Below are positions 53,114 through 64,000 of a stretch of 64,000 nucleotides of DNA, in pieces. The notes beneath the pieces were generated by a model that saw nothing but the letters and a program-made list of their open reading frames with translations, had not been told where the DNA came from and ran no database searches. The translations under genes and the position numbers were made by a program. Numbering within the stretch: position 1 is the stretch's first letter; each line of letters begins with the position of its first letter. This DNA comes from Felis catus (Eukaryota): the NCBI RefSeq assembly GCF_018350175.1, contig NC_058368.1, positions 205,346,001-205,410,000 of the forward strand, in the 5' to 3' direction.

Positions 53114-53897
53114 AAATGTTTACAACTCTCTCACTGAAAGAAATGAAACAAGCAGGGAGTCTTCCAAAGGGAAAGAAAGCCAGGCAGAGCTCTGCCAAAT
53201 AACAGCAGCCCTTTGGGTTTTATGAGTAGTTGTTATAGGTTCAGTCAACCATGATATCTGAAGGCGGAAACCAGCTTTATGTACCTCCCAATAAGAAGTA
53301 GAGTGCCAGGCCCCTAAATGCTATACATGTGTACTTTGAAAGCTTAACTATGTTTACTCTACTCTTCATAACCACTTCGTCTTCATTATCAAGTAAAGCA
53401 TATAAGGCACTCTGTCAACTATAAAGTGCTATAAGAACGTTAGTTACTATAATGAAATTATGTTTCTTAATGTCAACTTGCCTCAGCAGTGTTTGAGAAA
53501 ACCAAACTAGGTCTTCCCCATACAGAGACCTGAATTTGAAAGGAAAGTAAAAAAAAAAGCAGCAGGGGGGAGACTGGAGGCAGAAAAATTTTATACAGTT
53601 GCATGACAATAGCAGGACAGTCATGTGGAGGATCCCAAAAAAAGATGAAATTCAGGGGAAAAAAAAATAATCAGGGACCTTACAGAGACCTTTATTCCCT
53701 CTGAATAACTTTCAAAGGCTTGGAAATTGCATGTACTAGTGTTTTGTTTAATGAAATATAAAGGGAAGCAATTTTGCTATCTACAAGATTTTTTTCCTTA
53801 ACAATACATTAAATAATAAATCTTCTTTCTATAGTTTCAAAGTTTCAAGTCTATATGTTTTATACATAAAGGGGTTTTTCTGACCCAAATGAAACAC

Positions 53898-54250
53898 TTT
53901 ATTTTTTTTTTTTAGGTTTATTTAATTTTGAGAGTGAGGGCGAGCAAGCATAAGCATGTGAGTGGGGGTGGGGCAGATAAAGAGGGACAGAGAGAGAATC
54001 CAAGGCAGGCTCCCCACTGTCAGCATAGAGCCCCATGTGGGGCTCAATCCCACAAAATGTGAGATCGTGACCTGAGCTGAAACCAAGAGTTGTACCCTTA
54101 ACCAACTAAGCCACCCAGGTACCCTAACACTTTTTTTTTTTATTTTAAGATTTTATTTTTAAGCAATCTGTACACCCAATGTGGGGCTCAAACTTACAAC
54201 TTCAAGATTAGGGGTGGCATGCTCTACCAACTGAGCCAGCCAGGTGCCCC
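53898..54250 (-). mobile_element. Two tandem CAN-SINEs (long plus short)
   Basis: Reverse heads end near 54125 and 54250. Confidence 0.85.
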
Positions 54251-54377
54251 AAAAATCAAACACTTTAAATAGAGAATAAATTGGTTTCACTACACCTAAA
54301 CTTTGGAGTCAGATTCAATCATCTTATATAGGCAATCTGTCCCCATATCATCTCAGAAACCACATCTGTTTCAGTAC

Positions 54378-54484
54378 CTGTGTGTAAAGTTCTAGAAGAT
54401 TTGATGGGTTTGAACATTCTTTGTCTTCTCCACACAGAAGTTTCAATTTTTCTAGAGCTGCAGAAGCCCGAATTAAAAAGTGAT
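54378..54484 (-). CDS. RIMOC1: RIMOC1 coding exon 2
   Basis: cag|ATCAC...ACACAG|gtactg; 107 nt; (D)HFLIRASAALEKLKLLCGEDKECSNPSNLLELYTQ. Confidence 0.95.
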
Positions 54485-55147
54485 CTGTAAGAGATAAAAA
54501 CATGAATTTCATATAGTTTCAAGGTGTTCTTTAAACAAAAAAAAAATGGTGTATCTGAAATCATATTATGTTACAGCATGAAGACGCAGCATGGTAGTAA
54601 TAGCTTATGTAAACCATGAAGCACATCATAATGCCTAATCCTACTTAAATTCATCACAGTAATTTATTCTCAATAGCTAGACTGAACTTCTCCAGGTTCA
54701 GTTGCCATTTCTTAAATGCAATTTGTATGTTCATTTTCATAGTGCTGCTTTTATGACGTTGACATACTCAAAATATTTAAATAATAAATTGAAAACTTGT
54801 ATTCGAATAGTACAAACAATATACATAAATCTACAGAAAGGGCTTCCACTAAAAACTTATAATTTCATAAATGTATTTCCTAAAAGAACATGACTGATTA
54901 AATCAAGTGCGCCAAAAATGTAAGCTCTGAGCAATTTTAACTTTATCCTGTTTATGTATTTATGTATGTAAATAGCTGTTATAATTAAAATTACATAATC
55001 TAAAAAATTACATAATCCATCTGCATATTTTATTCCTTTAAAAACCTGTAAGTGGAACAAATTACCTAATTCTTTCAAAGAAAAGAGTATTCTAATATGC
55101 CCTCTAAAAACAATTCACCCTCTCTCCCCTCTACATTGTCTAATTTC

Positions 55148-55366
55148 TTTTTTTTTTAATTTTTTTTAAGTTTCCTTATTTATTTTGAGAGAGACAGAGA
55201 TAGCGCAAGTGGGGGGGAGGCAGAGAGAGGGAGACAGAGAATCCCAAGCAGGCTCCACACTGTCAGCTTGGAGCCCAATGAGGGGCTCGAACTCAAACCA
55301 TGAGATTATGACCCGAGCGGAAACCAAGAGTCGGATGCTTAACCAACTGAGCCACCCAGGCGCCCC
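55148..55366 (-). mobile_element. CAN-SINE
   Basis: Flanking repeat ttgtctaatttctt. Confidence 0.9.
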
Positions 55367-56573
55367 TATGTTGTCTAATTTCTTCCCTGTCTCCAGTATC
55401 ATATTCCCTTTGTTTTCATGGTTTCACTTTTTTCTTATAGATTTTTCCTCCCTAACCCGCCAAGTGTCCATACCAAGGTGCTATTTATCTACCCTTCTGC
55501 ACCATCTCATGTAGTCAAATTTAGACATGCCTACCATCAAGACTTCAAAGTCCCTGAATTTGCCCCTTCTGTGCTTCCCTTCAGAAATATGTATGTTTTC
55601 CAACACTAGCCAACAGACAGAAAATGTAGAACTTACTGCAGGCCCATCTGATCCAGCTTTAGCACTTATACAAATAGTAAGTTGTTTAATATTGGAGTGA
55701 AAGCAACACCAGCTTCATTATGTCTGTTGGCAACCATACGATGACCTTAAGTTTTTCCAAGTGAGGACTAGCCTGTATCTAAACCAGATTCTGATTGATT
55801 TAAGATCCACTATTTTTTTGCTTTGAAAGCTACTTCTTTAGCACTGCCTTCCAATCTCTCAGCCCAGAAGTAGCATCTCCCAACCTGGGGGGAAAAAAAA
55901 ATTCCACTGTGAACGGAACATGGCACTCTATATGTGCTTTAGAAACTGAGTTGACATTTTCTTCTTAATTTGCAAGATTATTTTAAACGTAAAGACTTGT
56001 ACTGAATTCACTAAACCACTGCTGAAGGAGTATCTCACAGGAATTCCTAAGTACAGGGGAGAGGGGATAATGGCTCACATTTTAGCAAACTTTTATAAAA
56101 TATAATATTTTTACTAGAACCATTCAAAGTGACAACTGGCAAGGCAAAGACAAGTGACTCTTACATAACCTCTGGAAAAAGTCCCTCTCATGGCATATTT
56201 CTATATACTGAACATATTGTGCTTGTACAATGAGAAATAAAGAACAAAAATTGACCAGAAATAAAAAGGAGAGCAATCTTAGAATAATGTCTAGTTGCAT
56301 CTCATCTCATTTGAAGTAGAAAACAGAAAACTATCAATTCCTATAATGTAATACAAATATGTAGCTGTTACAGGAAAGAACACATTTTGAGTGAATATTA
56401 TTTTTGTTGTGTGGAAAAGAATGCCAAGTTCCGTTCAAACATCTGCAACCATGTTTTAATTTAACTTCATAAAATAAGAAAATGTTGCCATTAATACTCA
56501 TTAATAGCTCATAACGAAGATCACTATTATTTTACTTTTAGTAAACCTTCACAACTTTAAAGTCTCCCAAAAA

Positions 56574-56926
56574 GGGGTGCCTGGCTAGTTATTGGGTGGA
56601 GCATATGACTATCTTGGGATTGCAAATTTGAGCCCCATGCTGGGTGCAGAGATTACTTAAAACTAAAATCTTTAAAAATTAAAAAATCAAATAATGTCTC
56701 TCAACAAGGACATACATCACTTTACTTTTTAAATTTTTTTGATGTTTATTTATTTTTGAGAGAGAGAGAGTGACCAGGGGAGGGAGCAGAGAGAGAAAGG
56801 GAGACAAAGGATCTGAAGCGGGCCCCTTGCTGACAGTGGAGAGCCCAATGGTGTCTCGAACCCACCATGAGATCATGACCTGAGCCAAGGTAGGATGATT
56901 AACCAGCTGAGCCACTTCTGCGCCCC
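56574..56926. mobile_element. Short SINE (+, ~56574-56680) and CAN-SINE (-, ~56733-56926)
   Basis: SINE head and body motifs in both orientations. Confidence 0.8.
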
Positions 56927-57959
56927 ACCACTTTACTTTTACTTCCACCCCTTATTCTAGTCTGGAGTAAAGAACTCTTCCATGGAAAAATGAGAATGAC
57001 TTTTGGGCTCAGTGATAAGTGAATCAAAAACATTCTTTGATCTCTTTAGTCTGGTTTAAGTGGAGCTGGTGTGGGGTGAAGATCACTGTATAGCTTATTT
57101 AGAGGTAATCTGGATACACTTCCAAGTAATAGCCACTACGGTGGATAAACTATTCATGTGAATCCTGGGATTCACTTACCACAAACCAAAAAAGAAGTCA
57201 GCTTCAGGGTGGTCTGTGGATTTTGAAAAACATACTCTAAGAAAAGATAATCAAGCAAATAATCTTTATTGAACTTGAGCCATTTCATTGTGAACCCTAT
57301 TCAATAAATTCACCAACAATCAATAATCTGGCAAAATGTTCCACTACTATTTTCCTATAAGTCTGATGACAATGAGTCAGACCACCAGAATTTAAAAGCC
57401 TGTCTGTATTACTAAATGCTCAAAACTCAAAAATAAAATCATGTAGAACCTATAGGGAGCTGAGATGTAATAAGACAATTAAACTTAAAAGTCGCAGTAA
57501 TTCTCTAAGCCAGTCTTTCCTAAGGAAAACACTTGGACCTTTCCAAACAAGTGTTCTAACACTAACAGAGCCGTGGTGAGAACTGAGGCGATGTACAGAA
57601 AAGAATCTCCAAACTATACGAATGCAAATTTCTTCTGTAGAGTATTGTTTACAGTTGGATTTAGAATCCAAAACAGAAGACGAAAATTTATAAGGCAGCA
57701 ATTAAAAAGTTTAACTGTTACACATGCCTAGCTATCTTTACTGCACCCCAATCATTACTTACCAGCGTACTATCAGTCAGCTTTAACTACTCATTTAAAC
57801 TTTTGAACTTTTATCCAGATTCTACTCTTTTCCCAATCGCTATAGGCATAAAGACGAGCAGCACTGATTTGACTGAGATGTAAGCCGTTTTCATGGGTTA
57901 TGAAAAACGCAGTGTAGACGCAAATGCCTTGGCTTAAGGCAACGTGAGTTTCTGGAGGT

Positions 57960-58640
57960 GGACAATCGACGGTGCAGCGAGGGTCACAAGTGCAACACCT
58001 TCGGTAGCTCTGGCCTGGGATCTACACCGAGCACAGGCCGCAGCCTCCAGCCCGTACCGCGGTCGAGTGCCAGCTATGAACTACGGCCAGCCCGCCCGCC
58101 CCTCTCTCCTCGGCTCACCATCTTCGCCGGCGGCTTCGCTAAGCTGCTGTATGTGAGCCTGAGCCAGGTCCCCGAGCTCTTCCACTCGCCTTACCACACT
58201 GGAACCTGGGGCCGCCATGGCCACGACGGGCGGGCGCGCCCCAGCCACGTGACTTTGCCGGGCCGCGGTCACCTGATTCCCCGGCTTGGGCGGGGCGTAA
58301 GGGCGGAGCTCCCCCGGTTGGTGGGAGGGAACCCCAGCTCGGCAACAGGGCCGGTCCAGGCCCGTAAGTGTTGCTGCAGTTTATATTTTTTTCGTCTCCG
58401 GTTACTTCCTCTCCTTCCCACAATCCTGAGCGGTAGGGATACTTTAGGGGCTGGCATGCCATCAGGACACGCCTCTCTCCCGCCCCCTCCTCTAAACCAA
58501 TCGGGAGCGGCCCACACCCTCAGGTTGGCCCAATAGGAAGCCAGCTTTCTCTGAGGGGCGCTGGGAGGAGAGCGTGGCAGCGACTGGCTGGTGGTGGTTG
58601 ACTGGCCTTGCTCTTGTGTTTCTGGCCCCTGTCCGATTTT
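57960..58640 (-). promoter_or_regulatory. RIMOC1 CpG island / promoter
   Basis: GC- and CpG-rich; GC boxes near 58287 and 58301; E-box CACGTG 58246-58251; CCAAT at 58497-58501 and 58530-58534. Confidence 0.85.
58119..58218 (-). CDS. RIMOC1: RIMOC1 (C5orf51) coding exon 1
   Basis: GCCATGG Kozak start with ATG at 58218-58216; translates MAAPGSSVVRRVEELGDLAQAHIQQLSEAAGED, matching the recalled C5orf51 N-terminus; donor G|GTGAGC; 100 nt; lies in a CpG island. Confidence 0.95.
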
Positions 58641-59495
58641 GGCCTTTGTAGCGAGAGCGTTGCCTAAAATCAAATGACTATAATATTCTAGTCAGAAATG
58701 GTAAAGCCTGACAGCCCCCTTGTAGCACATCTAAGTCTTTGAGAGGAGAGGTTATCGTTCATCTGGGAGGCGAGCTCCCAGCGCTAGTGTGTGTTTCCAG
58801 TCTAGGTGTTGGAGTGTCGCTTTTCTAAATCTTAATTTTAGCTTCTGAGTTTGTTTTATTTCTTTCTAATCTACTTTGGCTAGCCCGTATTAATGTACTT
58901 TAACCATCTCGCGTCCAGTGGTACCAAAATTTTGCATTTACAAGAAGTTCTATTGCCTTACACCTCAACACCCTCAAAGTGCTCATAGTGTGTGAAGTTC
59001 ACCCTCTCATGTGTGAGTTTCAAAGTACTTCGTCAACAAGTCTAATTTCTACTTTGCATTCCCTATATTCTTGCCTCTTATCAAATCTTAACTCAAGTTT
59101 TTTTCAGTTTGACACAGCACATCTTGAATGATCTCCATCCTATCTTACTTTTTATGAAAGATAGTTTTATATCTAATAGGAAACATTAAAAATAGGGAAA
59201 TACTGTGTTGTAATTTATAAGTGATGGACCACAAAGGCTTCCCAGCTGACCTTTATAACAACAGTTTCTTCCTCCAAGTCACCCTAAATATAGAGGACAG
59301 ACAGGAATCACGTATTAATTTTGTTTCCTCAGTGCCTTCTATAGTGCCTGGCACATTGTAAGTATTCAGAAAGTGTTTATTAGTTAAACAAAAATCCCAT
59401 GTTATCTTCTCATTATATTACTTTCTAATCAGGAAGCTAAAGGCCAGGAAGTTTGCATTATATGATCAATGTGGGCTAAAGAATCAAAATTCTAA

Positions 59496-59677
59496 GGGCA
59501 CCTTGGTGGCTCAGTCAGTTAAGTGTCCAACTCTTGATTTTGGTTCAGGTCATGATCTCACGGGTCATGAGTGTGAGTTCAAGCCCCACTTTGGGTTCTG
59601 TGCTGACAGTGTGGATGGAGCCTGCTTGGGATTCTCTGTCCCTCTCTCTGCACCTCTCATGCTTACACACATGTGAA

Positions 59678-59710
<33 letters not shown>

Positions 59711-59735
59711 AATAAATAAGCGTTGAAAAAAAAAT
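59496..59735 (+). mobile_element. CAN-SINE
   Basis: Head, (CT)n, A tail. Confidence 0.9.
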
Positions 59736-61849
59736 TGAAACTCCAATAAGCATTTCACACCTCAAAAAAGCCAAACCTTACTCAGTGTATATTTTAAATA
59801 AAATTTACAATTTCAGTAATTCATTAAACAACTATGGACTTTCAGTAGGAAGCATAGTTGAAACTGGAAATCATTTGCTCAACTGATAGTCATGTGTGCA
59901 TGTCTTCAGAGATATTTGGAAGGGATTTGAGAGCACATAGTACAACCCTTCATATACAGATGAAGAAACTGGACAGAATTTGTCTATGAACTGCTCCAAA
60001 CCCTAGAGTACATGATTCTGTGATTTGTCCAAGACTATACCAAAGTAAGCACCTGAAGAAGACTGTCTCATGGTAAACAGAGACAGCCAGCCCTCACCAA
60101 GAAAGGCACTGAAGAAAGTGCTTAAAGCCAGAGAAACCCTGCCTTAAAAAAAATGTGAGTAATTTTCTCCAATTTTACAGTTTGTTATTTTTACTTTAAA
60201 AACTCACATAAATATAATAAAAATATAATACTAGATTTAAAAAACTTTTCAGAGAAATTAGTAAGTCATCATGAATCTACCAAAAAATATCTTCTAAAAT
60301 AAATAATTGATCTAGTTGTACCATTGTCCTCATCACTGATATATAATTGGATAAAATCCAATTAACTGAGAAGAAATAAATTAAATTAAATTTACAAGCA
60401 GGAAGACCTTGTGCTTTCTGCAATGTCTCTCTAGTTCCCTCTATTGACAATATTTAACATTGTATCAGTTTACAAAAAAAAAAACAACATTTAAAGGGCC
60501 CATATATTTTTCATAAAAATGGCAAAAAGCATAAATTTAGAGCTAAGGAGCAATAAATCTATAACCAGCACAGTGGAGAAGAATATATCTGGCACAGTGA
60601 CTCTGTGCCACATGCAATGACTCTGAGTTTGGAAATTGCTTGACAGCTTGGAGGAATGGAAGGAGGCCAAAGGTTCCTAGTATTGGGGGGGGGGGAGTGA
60701 AACAAGGTGAGGATTAATAGCACAGGTGGAGGTTATCTCTTGAAGTGGATGCCTCACTCACAACCATGGAAATGAACTCCAAAACCTGGAGTAAGCTCCC
60801 ACTGGCCATGTCTATATTAACTGACCTTGTCTTCTGGCCATGACCAAATTATTTATTCAATTATGTAGTCATTAATTCAATGTTTAATGAACACCTACTG
60901 GATGCCAGGCATAGGTGTATGGTAATAAATAAGACAGAGTAGCCTTTGTGGAGATAGATCAAACTGGGGATAATAGATAGATCCAGGGGTAAAAATTTAA
61001 CAGAAGCCAAGCCAATCAAATTCTTTCCCCTGGTAATTTGAAATACTGAAGAGCGAAGCACAGAGACAAGACTAATCATATTAATGTCAGCAGTCCAGAG
61101 AGAATTCTGCTGCTGTGGAGTTTCCTGGGGAAAGACTTGGTTTATATCCCTAAGTCTTGGTTGCTCAACGTTTCCTCGATAGTTTCCAGCATCTTTATCC
61201 TGAAACTAATTAGTGCCAGTTCCTGTTGTCTGAAATCAACAAACAATAATACAGAATGGGTATAGGTTGGTAGGGGCATGTCAGACAGGGCTTCTGGTAC
61301 CACGTTAAAGATTGTAGACTTTATCTTACGTGGGACAAGAAGCTATTGAAGCTTGCTTACAAGCAAGGAAGTGATATGATCAGATTGTATTTTAAGGACC
61401 TTACTCTGGCTGCTGTGAAGAGAATGGAATGACAGAGTGTGAAAGAGAAGTGGGTAGTTCACCTGGGAGACCATTTACTTCTCTGGATGAGAAATAAAGT
61501 AATTCATACTAGAATAGGGACAGTGGAAATGGAAAGCAGTGATTCAATTGGATACAGTATAGAAGTAGAATCAGTAGGATTTGGGGAAGGGATTGGACAT
61601 GAGAGGTGCAGGGGAAAGATATCAAGGATGGGTCCAGGTTTTTGCCAAGAGCTACTTGGCCAAGGGCAGTGACATTTACTGATTCAGATGAATCTGAAGG
61701 AGGAGCAGATCGGTGAAGGAGAGCAAGAATTCAGTCTTCTTGATTTCTAGAGGTCTTTATGTAAACCCAAGCTGAATAAAACTTTTATCTAATGTAACTT
61801 TTTACATTCATCTAACTAGCAATCCAATTTTTTCCTTTTAATTTTTATT

Positions 61850-61941
61850 TAGTTTTGTTTTTTTTTTTTAATTTGAGAGAGAGAAGAGAGACACAGAGTA
61901 GGGGAGAGGAGCAGGGGGAATGGGGAGAGGAGGGGGAGGGG

Positions 61942-62001
<60 letters not shown>

Positions 62002-62020
62002 CATAATCAGGCTCCATGTT
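61850..62020 (-). repeat. (GA)n microsatellite within a SINE 3' remnant
   Basis: Poly(T), purine tract and (GA)n, then gaatc...caggctcca. Confidence 0.8.
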
Positions 62021-62465
62021 GCAGGGAGTATGGCCAGAGTCGCAAAAGATGAGTCTGCAAACAAAGTGCAGTTAAGTGAAGGTCCTCACACTCAGTGGGA
62101 ATGAGGCCCCAACTCGAGAATGAAGCCTCTCTTTATTAGGATAATTGCTAAAGACTAAGTGCATAAAGTCAACTAAGCAAGTGAAGTAATCAACTTAATG
62201 ATTTTGCTTTTCAAGGTTGAATTTTGGGATAATTGTTTTTTATGATACTAGGAAGGGTCAGGTGTGAAGGAGGATCTGGCCCTGGACAATGTCAATGGCT
62301 CAAGGCGTTCCTTAGTAGCCACAGCTGTGTTCAGCTATGTAACCATGTCCTAAGGCCTTGCACCTTCTCCAGCCTTTCCCTTTCGAAGTCTTTTCCTTTG
62401 ATGCTTCTCTCACTCCATCTCCCACAGCTCCACACTGAGCTGTTTAAAAAAAAAAAAAAATTGAA

Positions 62466-62591
62466 GGGGCACCTGGGTAGCTCAGATGGTTGAACGTCCA
62501 ACTCTTGATTTTGGCTCAGCTCATGATCTCATGGTTTGTGAGTTTGAGCCCTGCACTGGGCTCTGCGCTGACAGTGCAAAGCCTGCTTGGG

Positions 62592-62635
<44 letters not shown>

Positions 62636-62676
62636 TCTCCCTCTCTCCCTCTCTCTCTCTCTCTGCCCATCTCCTG

Positions 62677-62710
<34 letters not shown>

Positions 62711-62838
62711 CTGTCTTAAATAAATAAACATTTAGAAAAATATACTTATTTAGTAATCTCTAACCCAACATGGGGCTTGAATTCATAACCCCAGGATCAA
62801 GAGTCACATGCTCAACTGACTGAGCAGCCAGGAGCCCC
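62466..62838. mobile_element. CAN-SINE (+, ~62466-62735, long CT/CA tracts) and short SINE (-, ~62745-62838)
   Basis: SINE motifs; tail-to-tail arrangement. Confidence 0.85.
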
Positions 62839-64000
62839 TGGCAATTCAGTCTTGAGTTTTACATCTGCCGAGAGAGAAAGACAAAAAAAAAAAGGGGGGG
62901 GGGAGAGAAAATTCCCCTATAGGTATAATGTTAACTAAGCTGCTCTATGTGAAAGAACTTAGGACATGATAATTAGAGACATCCTGAATAAGAACTTTAT
63001 ATAGTTTAAGCTCTAGAATAAATGGTCCTGAAACAGAATGGAATGTTATGTCATTAAATGTTGCATCATTTGGGTTTTAGGTCTCATTTTATCTTACAAG
63101 AAATTACTTATCCTCCTCCACTCCCCAAGGTAATTAATCATTTTCCATATTTCACGGGCAGCCTGTTTTACTATTTCCTTTAGTATCTTTAATGATATTC
63201 ATATTACTTGAAAAATGTATCTGCCAGATAAACTAATGCTAATAAGTATGCGCTACTGCTGCAATGTCACGTAATTTCCAAGTTCTATGTTTTTTTTCAG
63301 GGACATGACATTTAAAGATAAAGTATATTATTAGAAGTTCACTGGAATCTTGAGACTCTTAACACTCCTAAAACAAAGTAATAGAACACATTGAAACCTT
63401 ACAAATAATTGCTATTCAACTTGCAAAGAATCTATTAAAAACTATACTTGATTTATGTTACTAGTTTTTAATCCCTAATAATTAAACATGTTTAAACCAT
63501 ACCCACACAAAACATGGATTTCAACTGACAAATCAGCCACACTAGCTTCTTAATATCCTAAAGTATTTACCTTAAGGAAAAGCGTTATATTAGGTAGAAT
63601 AATTTTGACTACAGTTCTCAGAAAACTCAATTACAACCTAAACAATAAGGAAATAATATGGTTTGGAAAATCCCAGAGGTAGGACAGGCTTCAGTGCTGA
63701 CTTCAACCAACAGCCTAGCTCCATTTCTCTGCAAGTCTCCTGGCTCTGCCGTTTTTTGTGTGCTGGCTTTATCCTCAGCCTGACCTTGAAAAGGCCGCAG
63801 CCCTTGTAGGCCTCATATCTAAGGAAACTACTGTCAAAGGAAGTCAAAGGAAGACAGAGGCAGCTGCTGCTAGAAGCTTTCACAGAATTATAAAAAGAAG
63901 AACTTCCCCAGAATTCAAATCAAACATTTCCTCGTATTTCATTGGTCCAATCTGGTCACATGTCTGGCCTAGAACCAATTGCAAACACAAGGTTAAAATT

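Noticed and set aside
57944..58673. ORFs of 107-192 aa around RIMOC1 exon 1, including an ATG-initiated ORF at 58462 that overlaps the start out of frame
   Set aside because: GC-rich artefacts with no recognisable protein features. The upstream ATG would matter only if transcription starts beyond 58462, which I cannot support.
1..64000. CRISPR array, prophage or other prokaryote-type system
   Set aside because: Mammalian intron/exon DNA. The recurring ~200-bp repeats are dispersed SINEs, and I saw no regular repeat-spacer array or foreign insert.

Overview
Mammalian genomic DNA, most likely a cat or other felid, judged from SINEC_Fc-type tRNA-derived SINEs and feline L1 3' ends. It holds two complete tandem protein-coding genes on the minus strand. 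RIMOC1 (C5orf51) has 6 coding exons at 58218->39208 (885 nt, 294 aa) and a ~4.6 kb 3'UTR. FBXO4 has 7 coding exons at 29888->16325 (1164 nt, 387 aa). I read every exon boundary from the sequence; all introns are GT-AG and the phases add up to intact ORFs. Each gene has a CpG-island promoter. The rest is mostly repeats: about 30 CAN-SINEs, young and old L1s, L2, MIR, MER DNA transposons, MaLR LTRs and microsatellites. I found no convincing new biological system. The best leads are: (i) Ala in place of the human regulatory Ser12-Pro13 phospho-site in FBXO4; (ii) a candidate intron-5 polyadenylated FBXO4 isoform with a hydrophobic tail; (iii) a GTCACGTG (CLEAR/USF-type) motif next to both start codons; (iv) an L1 with both ends and a TSD but no ORF1; (v) SINEs of alternating orientation bracketing exon blocks; (vi) a SINE with a duplicated Pol III B-box. 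Repeat subfamily names and human protein comparisons are from recall, not from a database search, and repeat boundaries are approximate unless TSD coordinates are given.
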